Below, piece by piece: positions 12,701-26,533 of a stretch of DNA of 64,000 bases. The notes below the pieces were generated by a model. That model had not been told where the DNA came from. It was given only the letters and a program-made list of their open reading frames with translations, and made no database searches. The position numbers and the translations under genes are program-made. The stretch is from Phoronis australis (taxonomy: Eukaryota; Animalia; Phoronida), in assembly GCA_002633005.1 (NCBI GenBank), contig NMRA01000838.1, positions 1-64,000 of the forward strand. Reading direction: 5' to 3'. Every line of letters begins with the position of its first letter. The first letter of the stretch is position 1.

Positions 12701-15700
12701 AAAATCTCGAATAATTCAAAAAGTAGACGTCGTAGCGCAAGTTGAAAATTATCATCTGAAAGCCCGTTCAAAACTCTATCTAAAGTGGTAGTTTGTCAAA
12801 CACGATAACATTCATGTGACTAGCAAAAAATCAAATAGAGAGCATACAATCAACTACAATAAAGAACAATAGATGGCGCAACATGACGGACGAGCCATGC
12901 TTTAAAGTAGGACAGTGCTGGCTGGGTCAGTCTGGGTCTGGTAGTTTGGCAAAAATCCAAAAAAATTTCGAGAAAATTGAAAATTTGCTGTTTTTTTTTT
13001 GAAATTCAATGTCAAATAACTCGAAAACGGTAAGTCTGAGAAATACGCTCTCGCAGACTTTTTGAAACGTCATTTGCTCTTCCCATAAAAAATGTGACAC
13101 CAGAGCGATTGAAACCGTGTGAACATGCCCCACAGCCGCCATCTTGAAGGTGACTTCCGGTTCAATAACTTTTTATAAAAGCTTATTAAACTCAACAAAC
13201 AGGTGAACAGTTTGAAAGTGATTGGTTTGCAATTGCGCCCTATACAGGAGAAAACGTTTTTAGCCATATTTTGGGGTGCGCATGCTCCACGTCCAATATT
13301 TCCGCTATCTTTTACCGGAAGTCAACGATTTTCTGCAAAAATTGTAGCACATCCATTCTAGTATATTCGTACTGACTTTCAGCCATGTAGGTAAAAAAAT
13401 GCGGCCTCTACGAGTATTTGACTGTGAAATCGGATACAAAATGGCCGCCACGTCCGCCATTCTGTATCCGATCATGACCAAAAACAATAGCGTTCCAGTG
13501 ATTCCCGATCTACATGTTGTGTGCAAATTTCGTGAAAATCGGACCAGAATTGCGACCTGTAGAGAGCGAACAAACAAAAAAAAACAAAAAAAAACGAGAG
13601 CGCTCGGAAGAGCGACACTTGGCGGAATTAATCGAAAAGACGACAATGAGAGCGACGACGACAATCATGACGATCAAGGCGGCAATAATGGATAACACGG
13701 TAACATTTATGTGACTAGCGAAGAAATCGAATAGAGAGCATATAATGACCTACAATGAAGAACAATAGATGACACAACATGACGGTCCAGTCTACAGTAG
13801 AACAGTGCTGGCTGGGTCAGTCTGGGTCAACTAGGCATAATCAAAACAAAGTGAACTGAAAGCCAGCCAGCTGCGTGTGACCGAAGGAATAATGGTATTC
13901 GAAAATCTCGAATAATTCAAAAAGTAGACGTCGTAGCGCAAGTTGAAAATTATCATCTGAAAGCCCGTTCAAAACTCTATCTAAAGTGGTAGTTTGTCAA
14001 ACACGATAACATTCATGTGACTAGCAAAAAATCAAATAGAGAGCATACAATCAACTACAATAAAGAACAATAGATGGCGCAACATGACGGACGAGCCATG
14101 CTTTAAAGTAGGACAGTGCTGGCTGGGTCAGTCTGGGTCTGGTAGTTTGGCAAAAATCCAAAAAAATTTCGAGAAAATTGAAAATTTGCTGTTTTTTTTT
14201 TGAAATTCAATGTCAAATAACTCGAAAACGGTAAGTCTGAGAAATACGCTCTCGCAGACTTTTTGAAACGTCATTTGCTCTTCCCATAAAAAATGTGACA
14301 CCAGAGCGATTGAAACCGTGTGAACATGCCCCACAGCCGCCATCTTGAAGGTGACTTCCGGTTCAATAACTTTTTATAAAAGCTTATTAAACTCAACAAA
14401 CAGGTGAACAGTTTGAAAGTGATTGGTTTGCAATTGCGCCCTATACAGGAGAAAACGTTTTTAGCCATATTTTGGGGTGCGCATGCTCCACGTCCAATAT
14501 TTCCGCTATCTTTTACCGGAAGTCAACGATTTTCTGCAAAAATTGTAGCACATCCATTCTAGTATATTCGTACTGACTTTCAGCCATGTAGGTAAAAAAA
14601 TGCGGCCTCTACGAGTATTTGACTGTGAAATCGGATACAAAATGGCCGCCACGTCCGCCATTCTGTATCCGATCATGACCAAAAACAATAGCGTTCCAGT
14701 GATTCCCGATCTACATGTTGTGTGCAAATTTCGTGAAAATCGGACCAGAATTGCGACCTGTAGAGAGCGAACAAACAAAAAAAAACAAAAAAAAACGAGA
14801 GCGCTCGGAAGAGCGACACTTGGCGGAATTAATCGAAAAGACGACAATGAGAGCGACGACGACAATCATGACGATCAAGGCGGCAATAATGGATAACACG
14901 GTAACATTTATGTGACTAGCGAAGAAATCGAATAGAGAGCATATAATGACCTACAATGAAGAACAATAGATGACACAACATGACGGTCCAGTCTACAGTA
15001 GAACAGTGCTGGCTGGGTCAGTCTGGGTCAACTAGGCATAATCAAAACAAAGTGAACTGAAAGCCAGCCAGCTGCGTGTGACCGAAGGAATAATGGTATT
15101 CGAAAATCTCGAATAATTCAAAAAGTAGACGTCGTAGCGCAAGTTGAAAATTATCATCTGAAAGCCCGTTCAAAACTCTATCTAAAGTGGTAGTTTGTCA
15201 AACACGATAACATTCATGTGACTAGCAAAAAATCAAATAGAGAGCATACAATCAACTACAATAAAGAACAATAGATGGCGCAACATGACGGACGAGCCAT
15301 GCTTTAAAGTAGGACAGTGCTGGCTGGGTCAGTCTGGGTCTGGTAGTTTGGCAAAAATCCAAAAAAATTTCGAGAAAATTGAAAATTTGCTGTTTTTTTT
15401 TTGAAATTCAATGTCAAATAACTCGAAAACGGTAAGTCTGAGAAATACGCTCTCGCAGACTTTTTGAAACGTCATTTGCTCTTCCCATAAAAAATGTGAC
15501 ACCAGAGCGATTGAAACCGTGTGAACATGCCCCACAGCCGCCATCTTGAAGGTGACTTCCGGTTCAATAACTTTTTATAAAAGCTTATTAAACTCAACAA
15601 ACAGGTGAACAGTTTGAAAGTGATTGGTTTGCAATTGCGCCCTATACAGGAGAAAACGTTTTTAGCCATATTTTGGGGTGCGCATGCTCCACGTCCAATA

Positions 15701-18700
15701 TTTCCGCTATCTTTTACCGGAAGTCAACGATTTTCTGCAAAAATTGTAGAACATCCATTCTAGTATATTCGTACTGACTTTCAGCCATGTAGGTAAAAAA
15801 ATGCGGCCTCTACGAGTATTTGACTGTGAAATCGGATACAAAATGGCCGCCACGTCCGCCATTCTGTATCCGATCATGTCCAAAAACAATAGCGTTCCAG
15901 TGATTCCCGATCTACATGTTGTGTGCAAATTTCGTGAAAATCGGACCAGAATTGCGACCTGTAGAGAGCGAACAAACAACAAAAAAGAGAGCGCTCGGAA
16001 GAGCGACACTTGGCGGAATTAATCGAAAAGACGACAATGAGAGCGACGACGACAATCATGACGATCAAGGCGGCAACAATGGATAACACGGTAACATTTA
16101 TGTGACTAGCGAAGAAATCGAATAGAGAGCATATAATGAACTACAATGAAGAACAATAGATGGCACAACATGACGGTCCAGTCTACAGTAGAACAGTGCT
16201 GGCTGGGTCAGTCTGGGTTAACTAGGCATAACCAAAACAAAGTGAACTAACTGAAAGCCAGCCAGCTGCGTGCATACGTGACCGAAGGAACAACGGTATC
16301 CGAAAATCTCGAATAATTCAAAAAGTGGACGTTGTAGCGCAAAATGGAAAATATCTTCTGAAAGCCCCTTCAAAACTCTATCTAAAATGGTAGTTTGGCA
16401 AACACGATAACATTTATGTGACTAGCGACGAAATCAAATAGAGAGCATATAATGAACAACAATGAAGAACAATAGATGGCGCAACATGACGGTCCAGTCT
16501 ACAGTAGAACAGTGCTGGCTGGGTCAGTCTGGGTACACTAGGCATAACCAAAACAAAGTGAACTAACTGAAAGCCAGCCAGCTGCGTGCATACGTGACTG
16601 AAGGAACAACGGTATCCGAAAATCTCGAATAATTCAAAAAGTAGACGTCGTAGCGCAAAATGGAAAACATCTTCTGAAAGCCCGTTCAAAACTCTATCTA
16701 AAATAGTAGTTTGTCAAACACGATAACATTCAAGTGACTAGCGACGAAATCAAATAGAGAGCATACAATGAACTACAATAAAGAACAATAGATGGCGCCA
16801 CATGAGTGTCCAGTCTACAGTAGAACAGTGCTGGCTGGGTCAGTCTGGGTGGACTAGGCATAATCAAAACAAAGTGAACTGAAAGCCAGCCAGCTGCGTG
16901 TGACCGAAGGAACAACGGTATTCAAAAATCTCAAATAATTCAAAAAATAGACGTCGTAGCGCGAGTTGAAAATTATCATCTGAAAGCCCGTTCAAAACTC
17001 TATCTAAAGTGGTAGTTTGTCAAACACGATAACATTCATGTGACTAGCAAAAAATCAAATAGAGAGCATACAATCAACTACAATAAAGAACAATACATGG
17101 CGCAACATGACGGACGAGCCATGCTTTAAAGTAGGACAGTGCTGGCTGGGTCAGTCTGGGTCTGGTAGTTTGGCAAAAATCCAAAAAATTTTCGAGAAAA
17201 TTGAAAATTTGCCGGTTTTTTTGAAACTCAATGTCAAATAACTCGAAAACGGTAAGTCTGCGAAATACGCTCTCGCAGACTTTTTGAAACGTCATTTGCT
17301 CTTCCCATAAAAAATGTGACACCAGAGCGATTGAAACCGTGTGAACATGCCCCACAGCCGCCATCTTGAACGTGACTTCCGGTTCAATAACTTTTTATAA
17401 AAGCTTATTAAACTCAACAAACACGTGAACAGTTTGAAAGTGATTGGTTTGCAATTGCGCCCTCTACAGGAGAAAACGTTTTTAGCCATATTTTGGGGTG
17501 CGCATGCGCCACGTCCAATATTTCCGCTATCTTTTACCGGAAGTCAACGATTTTGTGCACAATTGTAGCACATCCATTCTAATATATTCGTTCCGACTTT
17601 CAGCCATGTAGGTCAAAAAATGCGGCCTCTACGAGTATTTCACTGTGAAATCGGATACAAAATGGCCGTCACGTCCGCCATTCTGTATCCGATCATGACC
17701 AAGAACAATAGCGTTTCAGTGATTCCCGATCTACATGTTGTGTGCAAATTTTGTGAAAATCGGACCAGAATTGCGACCTGTAGAGAGCAAACAAACAAAA
17801 AAAAATAAAAAAACGAGAGCGCTCGGAAGAGCGACTTTTGGCGGAATTAATCGAAAAGACGACAATGAGAGCGACGACGACAATCATGACGATCAAGGCG
17901 GCAATAATGGATAACACTGTAACATTCATGTGACTAGCGAAGAAATCGAATAATTCAAAAAGTAGACGTCGTAGCGCAAAATGGAAAATATCTTCTGAAA
18001 GCCCGTTCCAAACTCTATCTCAAATGGTAGTTTGGCAAACACGATTACATTCTTGTGACTAGCGACGAAATCAAATAGAGAGCATACAATGAACTACAAT
18101 AAAGAACAATAGATGGCGCCACATGACTGTCCAGTCTACAGTAGAACAGTGCTACCTGGGTCAGTCTGGGTCAACTAGGCATAATCAAAACAAAGTGAAC
18201 TGAAAGCCAGCCGGCTGCGTGCTTGCATTTAGGTGACCACAGAACTACGGTATCCGAAAATCTCAAATAATTCAAAAAGTAGAAGTCGTAGCGCAAAATG
18301 GAAAATATCTTCTGAAAGCCCGTTCAATATTCTATCTAATGTGGTAGTTTGGCAAAAATCCAAAAAATTTTCGAGAAAATTGAAAATTTGCTGTTTTTTG
18401 AAATTTAAAGTTAAATAACTCGAAAACGGTAAGTCTGAGAAATACGCTCTCGCAAACTTTTGGAAAGGCCATACTTCAAGGAATCCACAAGCAAAAATTC
18501 ACGTCATTTGCTCTTCCCATAAAAAATGCGACACCAGAGCGATTGAAACCGTGTGAACATGCCCCACAGCCGCCATCTTGAAGGTGACTTCCGATCCAAT
18601 AATTTTTATAAAAGCTTATTAATCTCAACAAACACCTGACCAGTTTAAAAGTGATTGGTTTGCAATTGCGACCTCTACAGGAGAAAACGTTTTTAGCCAT

Positions 18701-19170
18701 ATTTCGGGGTGCCTATGCGCCACGTCCAATATTTCCGCCATCTTTATCTGGAAGTCAAAGATTTTCTGCACAGTTGTAGCACATTGGTTCTAGTATAATC
18801 GTACAGATTTTGAGCCATGTACGTCGAAAAATGCGGCCTCTACGAGTATTTGACTGTGAAATCAGATACAAAATGGCCGCAACGTCCGCCATTTTGTATC
18901 CCATCATGACCAAAAACAATAGCGTTCCAGTACATCGCAATCTACATGTTCTGTTCAAATTTCGTGAAAATCGGACGAAAATTGCGACCTGTAGAGTGCG
19001 AACAAAAAAAAATACTTGACGACAGAGCAACATACTTGTCGGAATTCGAAGAATTCCGCCAAGTAAAAAAAACTTGCTGTCAGAGCAACATACTTGGCGG
19101 AAAAATTCCGCCAAGTAAAAACTTGCTGTCAGACCAACATACTGGGCGGAATTCTTCGCAGCTAACATAA
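9779..19170 (+). repeat. head-to-tail array (~8 units, 1.1-1.8 kb) of a non-coding Helentron/HINE-like element; central period 1201 bp
   Basis: Unit junction (C)GAGAGCGCTCGGAAGAGCGACACTTGGCGG at 10111, 11193, 12394, 13595, 14796, ~15986 and 17814 (one variant). An internal ~310-bp subrepeat varies in copy number, and hairpins close the array at 19033-19117. The tandem array is certain; the Helentron class is inferred from structure. Confidence 0.9.
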
Positions 19171-21255
19171 TGTTGCTCGTCAATTCAGAAATTTGCCTTA
19201 AATTGAATTTTGATGTAAATAAAACACTGTGAGTTGCTTATGACGTGCACGTTATGGAATCATGATTTGCAACGTCACATCTTATGAACCTCTAATTGCA
19301 TTGTTTTTAACATGTTCTTCTCCCTGACTCCTGAATTTACACACAGCGCCTAATTTGAAATATTTCTGGAAACAGTGCAAGGTTAAACAGGACTTTTTAC
19401 TCTTATAAAATATAATTGTTATTGATTTCAAAACATCAAAAATAAAATTCCCCAAAATTGACTTTTAAGTAAGCCTTTTGTGGCTTGCAGCTCAGTCTAC
19501 TTTGCTCGTGTGTGCGCCATTTTCTATTTCGCCAATCCCACTTAACTCTGAAGCGTTTTACCGCGTCGCTGAGGGTTTCGATGGGTGTACAGAAATGGAA
19601 TCTCGCATGAAGTCCAGTGAAAACAGATATGACGGAGTTTAAAACAGAATACTGCATCTTCAAAACAGCTAACCCTCCCGAAAATCGTGAATCCCGACCT
19701 TTGAAACAATAGCCCCGGGTATCGAACAGGACACGTGAGGACTGAAACACCACTCTCAAACTTTTTGTCAAGCATTGTTTGATGAAAAAGTTACTGTGAT
19801 ATGTAGGTTTACGATACGAGAATTTTACACAACTGATGATGGATTGGCGTTCTACGTAATTCTGCTGCTGAAATTGTGGCAAAGATATCTTTGGTTGTGG
19901 TGCAATCTTTTGCGTCGACTTTCGGCGCCAAGGCGTGACCTTTGAGCATTGATGTAAAGAAAACAACTATGGCGACTTCAAGCAGCAGACAGGCCTGTTA
20001 AGATGCAATTGATGGAAGTCATAACTCTTTAAAATTGGTTATAAAGGTATCGTAGTATACAAGAATATTCTAAAATGCACTTGGAATTCTTTTTTTTTTT
20101 GGAAAATTGCTTTCTTCACTGGCCTTTTGTATGCTGTGCTACCAACCAGTCAGATTTGGACTGCGATTGCACCTAATCTGCCGTTGATATCTATCTTTTA
20201 AGTCAGCTGTTTTCGAATGACTGGGTAACCATGGAGCTTATCCTTGGGTTTATTTCATAAATCGTGAATTTTATGACATTTGCTGGAAATTTTCTCACTG
20301 GGGAAGGAAGTAAATAAGTCTGTAGCAGACGTTGCGATATGGTACTTTCGTCAGGACATGCTTAAAAAGATATTTTTGACGAGCTTTCGTCGTTTCATGC
20401 CTCTTTAAAGAACAGGGTTTGAGATTTGGGGCTGGTTAACTGGTTTGAAGGTGTGAGAGTCAGTTTTCGACTCCGGGATATCTGTAACGACTGTATACGA
20501 GGTGGGTGTGGATATAGACCGATTAAGAGGGTAAGAAGATCTTATTAAATGGAATCGCATTTTCCCTTCATTATATCAGCAAACCGAATTTCATAACAAA
20601 TTTTGCACCAATGATCAGTCAAAAAGAGTGTGAATGCGTTGAGTTCAGAAATTCCGACTCCAGTCTTTTGAGTGAATTATTCTGGCTCTCCAGTTAAAAA
20701 CCTGGAAATTGATTGTGTCGGATATAATGTACTTTCGACAAGTAAGCCGACGAACCCTAAAATGCAGCATATTGCAAAGATGTCTAAAAAATTAACCAAC
20801 AGTGCCACTCTAAAGTCAAAATAATGTTTTTGTGTTTTATTTTTGAAAATATTTTTGGATAAAATATTGAATAATCTGAGCTTAACTCAATGTTCACCGA
20901 GATTACTACGTCTTGAGAGTATAGATTAGGTTGAAATTTGCCCAAGTTGCATGAGTTTTATTGATAAAAAACGTGATATGTTGCGCTTTATTATTGACAT
21001 TTTTTTGCAAACAATTGCAGCAAAACAACCGGAAAGTACTTGAAGGTGCTTTAGATCAAAGTTTGACGCTACTGACGACGGTCACAGAAAATTAAAAAGT
21101 TGTCCAGGTTTCCGGCTGTCCGGGGTCCCTGTTTTAAAGGTTGGGGTTCGTGTTTCTCAGGCTGATTAGCTGTATTGATTGTTTTACATCGGAGTTCCTA
21201 ATTTGATGGGACACCCTGATAGATATAGACATAAATGTGAACATATAATGCGGCC

Positions 21256-21746
21256 TTGACATGTGTATGTGTGCGTATGTATGTATGTATGTATTTGTGT
21301 ATGTATGTATGTATGTGTGTATGCATGTATGTATGTATGTATGTATGTATGTATGTATGTGTATGTATGTATGTATGTGTGTATGTATGTATGTATGTGT
21401 GTATGCATGTATGTATGTATGTATGTATGTGTGTACGTATGTATGTATGTATGTGTGTATGTATGTATGTATGTGTGTGTATGTATGTATGTATGTGTGT
21501 GTATGTACGTATGTATGTATGTTATGTATGCATGTATGCATGTATGTATGTATGTATGTATGTGTGTATGTATGTATGTATGTATGTGTGTATGTATGTA
21601 TATATGTATGTGTGTATGTATGTATGTATGTGTGTGTATGTACGTATGTATGTATGTATGTTATGTATGTTTGTATGTATGTATGTATGTATGTATGAAT
21701 ATATGCATGTATGCATGTAGGTATCTATGTATGTATGTATGTATGT
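21256..21746. repeat. (TATG)n / (TG)n microsatellite
   Basis: ~490 bp imperfect tetranucleotide run; explains the MYVC/HTYI pseudo-ORFs. Confidence 0.98.
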
Positions 21747-23289
21747 GAAATACATAGTCCTACATACATATAAATTACGGCACAACAGTCGAATTGGTTA
21801 AAGGTATTAAAGCCATGCATGTGTCTCCAGTTGACCTGAGATTTGAGGCCTTGTGAGTGAATTGGGCCGATAGTCATGTCTTTTATATCTTTGCCTAGGC
21901 GGATCCAGGGGCCGGTCACTTGAGTCTGGACACCCCTTTTCCCTTGGTTTTAGTGATATCGAATTTAGAATTTTGTATTGTTAACTTGGACCCCTTTTTA
22001 ATAAAATCCTTGACCCTACCTGTTTCATAAATCTTGGACCCCGCGCCCCTGCTCTGCAACTGTGGAGTGCGTTCATATTTATCTACGTTCATATTTAAAG
22101 GAAACTTTCCAGCTAAATGTGAAGCATTCCCGCGGGATAGCCTGGATCCCTGATTATTGTACAGTGATCATGTCTATCGTTGTGAGGTCTGCAGGATACT
22201 GTACGGGGGCAGGGCTCCCAGCTCCCTGTGTTCGGGTTGGAACAAAAGAATCCGCCAGCATGTTGATTTTTGCGGAATAATTTTCGTCCGTGCCACACCT
22301 CCAGATCAGTGAAATAGCGCCATATATAATATATAAGCATGATTCACTTGTCTTAGTAAATGTTTGCTATGAAACGCGGGAAATTGCAGAACCCCCGACG
22401 ATGATTTACGTAGTTTCCATAAATAGCAACATGAGCAGTCTCAGTGGGCGTGATTATATAGCATGTGACACAAAACGCTTTGTTGATTGGCCACTTGAGG
22501 AGCTGCGGGGGGTCTTTGCTGTCAGACGATCAATCCCGCCACAGCATCACTTGACGCCAGAGCATATGGACGTGTCTTTCAACCCAAGTGGATTTTTTTC
22601 ATTCTCAGGTTTGTAAAATCATTTTATAATTTTTTTGTAATTAACTTTTTACCTTTTTCGAAACTGATTGCAACGTCAAAAATAGGCAACACGTAGCCTC
22701 TCAGCTGGGGCTAAGGCAATGTAATGCCTTCGTCAAAAACTGTTATTAAAGCCTGTCTGAACACAACATATGATCAGTAGGCCTACTTGTCAATTGTCTC
22801 CTGTTTGTCCGTTTTTCTCGCCCTCTTTGACATCATCAAAATGTCCCGCTTTTGGACATAAGGCTTATTATGACTTGCGACATTAAAAGTGAAAAAAACA
22901 AAAAAAACGGGGAGTTTGAGAGCTTCGACAACCGTGAATTTCGGTTTCGAGCACAAAAAGCCACTTAGACATTCAAAACACTCTGCAGACTGGCTGGCGA
23001 ACGTTTCAAGCACCCGTTTCGCTTAAACACAAATGCCCGCTTTTATCAAAGTGCCCTGTTTTCCGTACTGAGCTAATTGAATACCGGCATACCTCCCCGA
23101 GAATCAAAATTAAGTCTATCACGAACCCTGTTCAATTCTAAATGTTCCTCAATAAGCAACTGCGTATGTCTTACGACTGACTTATGCTGCTTGTGTTGAA
23201 CTTCTTGCACGCTTGTGCCTCCGTTTGCACGTCGGCGTTGTCCGAATCTTGCGATTCTGACACTTGTTTTAGCATGAGATGACTCAATA

Positions 23290-23429
23290 GGCTTCGTTTC
23301 ATGAAACTATTTTAACTTAAACCAAAATATCAATGCTGTCATTCCACCACATGTCACGTTGCGATTGTTCGACAGTGCTGTTGACGCCATCACAACAACC
23401 AAACTTGAGAATTTCATGAAACGGAGCCC
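23290..23429. mobile_element. short MITE, PIF/Harbinger-like termini
   Basis: GGCTTCGTTTCATGAAA ... TTTCATGAAACGGAGCC inverted termini. Confidence 0.6.
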
Positions 23430-23432
23430 TGG

Positions 23433-23568
23433 CCTGAGTTCAGTAACTCCAGAACCTTGCTAAAATCTATCCAAAGTCACGTGTTCTCATTTAAAATACA
23501 CGGCAATATCTGGCGTAATCTCACGAAGTCTAGCTTTTTAGCTAGGTCCCAGCGTTACTGAACTCAGG
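23433..23568. mobile_element. short MITE; a second family member lies at ~57673-57805
   Basis: CCTGAGTTCAGTAAC ... GTTACTGAACTCAGG inverted termini; internal CTCATTTAAAATACAC...CGTAATCTC.CGAAGTCT.GCTTTTT shared with the 57.7-kb copy. Confidence 0.7.
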
Positions 23569-24248
23569 ACAGCTTTGGGTTTTTGTACAACCATTTCTCT
23601 GTCGTGAACAGAAGGTTAGATATAAATGCTATCTGGGTGCACATGCAGCTTGAGTGTCTCATATTTTGCAAAACTAATAATTACTAATTTGGTTGTTCAA
23701 TACACAGTCTCATCTGTTGGTTGTTATCATGGGATTTATTTACCCAGTGTTCATCAAGATAATATCCTGTATCTTAGCTTCTAGACAAATGTAACGGAGG
23801 TCACAAACAAGTGCCTGCCCTTAGACTGGTGACTCACCATTTCCTGGTAACTAACAATGGCCTCTTTATTTGGGCGCTGTGGTACACTGTCATTGGGGTC
23901 TTAAACGCGTCGTTTTTATGAAAACAAGTTTTTGTTTGTTTTGTCAGCCAGAACGGATACTTTTCATACAAACAACAGGTCTTAGTAACGGTGCACCGTA
24001 GCATGAACAACAATGACAGTTTAATTACGGTCCAGTTGAGTGAACGTTTTGAAGGGGTACATTTTGAAAAGGCGTGACTTTGAGGTCCCTGGGGCTTATT
24101 CAATTAATTGTGCTCTTAGGTTTTCAAAGGCTGGTACTGAGGCCCGATGTCACTTAACGTTATAAATTAAACTTACAGTTACAGGCAGTTGAAATATGCT
24201 AAACATAACTTAAGTGGATTCATTGGCTTACTTGGTGAAATATTTAAT

Positions 24249-25147
24249 ACGAGAGCGCTCGGAGGAGCGACACTTGGCGGAGTTAATCGAAAAGACGACG
24301 ATGAGGGAGACGAAGACAATCATGACGATCAAGACGGCAATTACATGTATGAATAACACGATAACATTCATGTGACTAGCGAAGAAATCAAATAGAGAGC
24401 ATACAATCAACTACAATAAAGAACAATAGATGGCGAAACATGACGGTCCAGTCTACAGTAGGACAGTGCTGGCTGGGTCAGTCTGGGTCCAACTAGGCAT
24501 AACCAAAACAAAGTGAACTGAAAGCCAGCCAGCTGCGCCGGTGTGACCGAAGGAACAACGGTATCGGAAAATCTCGAATAATTCAAAAAGTAGACGTTGT
24601 AGAGCAAAATGGAAGCTATCTTCTGAAAGCCCGTTCAAAACTCTATCTAAAATTGTAGTTTGGCAAAAATCCAAAAAATTTTCGAGAAAATTGAAAATTT
24701 GCCGTTTTTTTGAAATTCAAAGTCAAATAAATCGAAAACGGTAAGTCTGAGAAATACGCTCTCGCAGTCTTTTTGAAAGGTCATACTTCAAAGAATCCAC
24801 ATGCAAAAATTCACGTCATTTGCTCTTCCCGTTAAAAATGCGACACCAGAACGATTGAAACCGTGTGAACATGCGCCACAGCCGTCATCTTGAAAGTGAT
24901 TTCCGGTTCAATAATTTTTCATAAAAGCTTCTTAAACTCAACAAACACGTGACCAGTTTGAAAGTGATTGCTTTGCAAATGCGCCCTCTACAGGAGAAAA
25001 CGTTTTTTGCCATATTTCGGGGTGCGCAGGCGCCAAATCGAATATTTCCGCTATCTTTAACCGGAAGTCAACGATCTTCTGCACAATCGATCTTCTGCAC
25101 AATTGTAGCGCATGCTTTCTAGTATGTTCATACCGATTTTCAGCCAT
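24249..25147 (+). mobile_element. dispersed, 3'-truncated single copy of the 9.8-19.2 kb array unit
   Basis: begins exactly at the unit junction motif ACGAGAGCGCTCGGAGGAGCGACACTTGGCGG and is colinear with the array unit up to TTTTCAGCCAT. Confidence 0.88.
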
Positions 25148-26499
25148 ATATGTCTATCCCTTGCTCCGGGATATTCACAAAAAACGGGTATCGCCCGATT
25201 GTCCCAGGATTACAACCCGAAGGCCCACAAGTCCGAAAATTCGTAACACAATGTCATCAACAGCAGAGCAGCAGAACACATTAGTGGAGAACGAAAATAT
25301 AAAAACTTTAACCTCCGCAACAGCTTTAAAAAGCCTTGTTTCGAACAATTTAAAGGGTATTTGCTTGGCGGGCAATTTGTTTTAAGCAAGTCTCTAAACT
25401 CCAGAACTTTTTGTTCTAAGGTACTCTTCAAAACCTCTTGTCTGACATCGTTTTTGTTGTAAATTTTTAAACAAAGACAAAGATTTCGCTTTCGCATGTA
25501 ATTTCACGTTCAAGAGAATACTCCACTTTAGGTTAAAACATTCGTAACTATAACAATATTCAAGACTTCGAAGAGAATTAAAGCACTGCCACTCCCGCCA
25601 ACGCCCTAACGTTTGAAGCAAGTTTGAAAATGTGTTGTGGCAAACGTTGTTAAAGCTCAATAATTGTGAAGCAACAGTTTCACAAATTGGGGGGAAATTA
25701 TTCAACATTTAGTGATTTTTTAAATAATCCAACTGGGCTCTTAGGAATAATGTATATCAGTTATTTGGTTATTGTAGCATTAAAATGAGATTGTTCGTGT
25801 ATAACCATGTGATTACCAAAAACATTTGTCTTCTGTCTTCTGTCATCTGCTTGTTAGTTTGTTGATGACATAGTATGCGATTTGTTCCGGTCATGTTTAG
25901 TTGAGTCAAAGAGTTGGTTATTAACAGTTTTTCTTTTCAGAAGTCAAACAAAGGCTGAGAGATTTTAACTTCTAGACATACTTTTTTGTTGTAGAATTTA
26001 CAAGTAAGATTGAGTTTTGCTGATGGGATATGTCTAAGTTAAAGTGAGAAAAGTGTTTATTTGGAGACCTGACGCGCAGCAGCAACAGCAGAAGCAACAA
26101 CAACAAGTACTTTACATAGGGAAAATTAGATGTTAAGAACGGCAGAAGAAATGATCTTCAAAGAAGTGAAAATTTTTGCAACATACGTAATACAGGAGAG
26201 ATAATTAGACAGTCGTTCAAACAAATATTTTCGTCGAATCTTACAGGATCTCAATTGACTCATGGAATTTCATCGACCCTCAATCGACTGTAGAATATTT
26301 TATAACTCCTAGGAAGCCTGCAAACTCCTGGGGTCGATATCGACTCTCTTAGTTAATCACCAATAAAAACTCAGTTAAACAGGTACGTGACTGAAGTAGA
26401 GAATGCGACTTAATTCACATGTTTGCATTTATTTCAGTTTGTTCCTGTTTCTCAAACTATCCCATGCTCGCGCGTTAACACCACGATTAACGAGACGCC

Positions 26500-26533
26500 A
26501 TGGCCGGCCTGGGGATGTCCCGCAACATGCAGA
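26500..26533 (+). CDS. sacsin-like predicted first coding exon (MAGLGMSRNMQ)
   Basis: GCCATGG Kozak context, in-frame TAA at 26488, GTGAGT donor at 26534, phase 1 matching the next exon; upstream TTTCAG acceptor ending at 26437. Confidence 0.6.

Noticed and set aside
9779-19170. CRISPR-like repeat-spacer array
   Set aside because: The intervening sequences are themselves repeated, there are no unique spacers or cas genes, and the context is eukaryotic
9850-19183. Many repeated short ORFs (MRPLRVFDCEIG..., MAAVGHVH...) as a tandem gene family
   Set aside because: They overlap on both strands, change length or frame between copies and lack protein motifs; they are by-products of a non-coding repeat
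19436-19966. 176-aa minus-strand ORF
   Set aside because: Non-ATG start, no recognisable domain or splice support
21134-21785. MYVC/HTYI repeat proteins
   Set aside because: Translation of a (TATG)n microsatellite
21896-22051. GGCGGATCCAGGG-type MITE relic (similar one at ~31731-31892)
   Set aside because: TIRs too decayed and no TSD, so ends could not be defined
25941-26003. Possible 5' UTR exon of the sacsin-like gene (TTTTCAG ... GTAAGA)
   Set aside because: Splice signals alone are insufficient without transcript data
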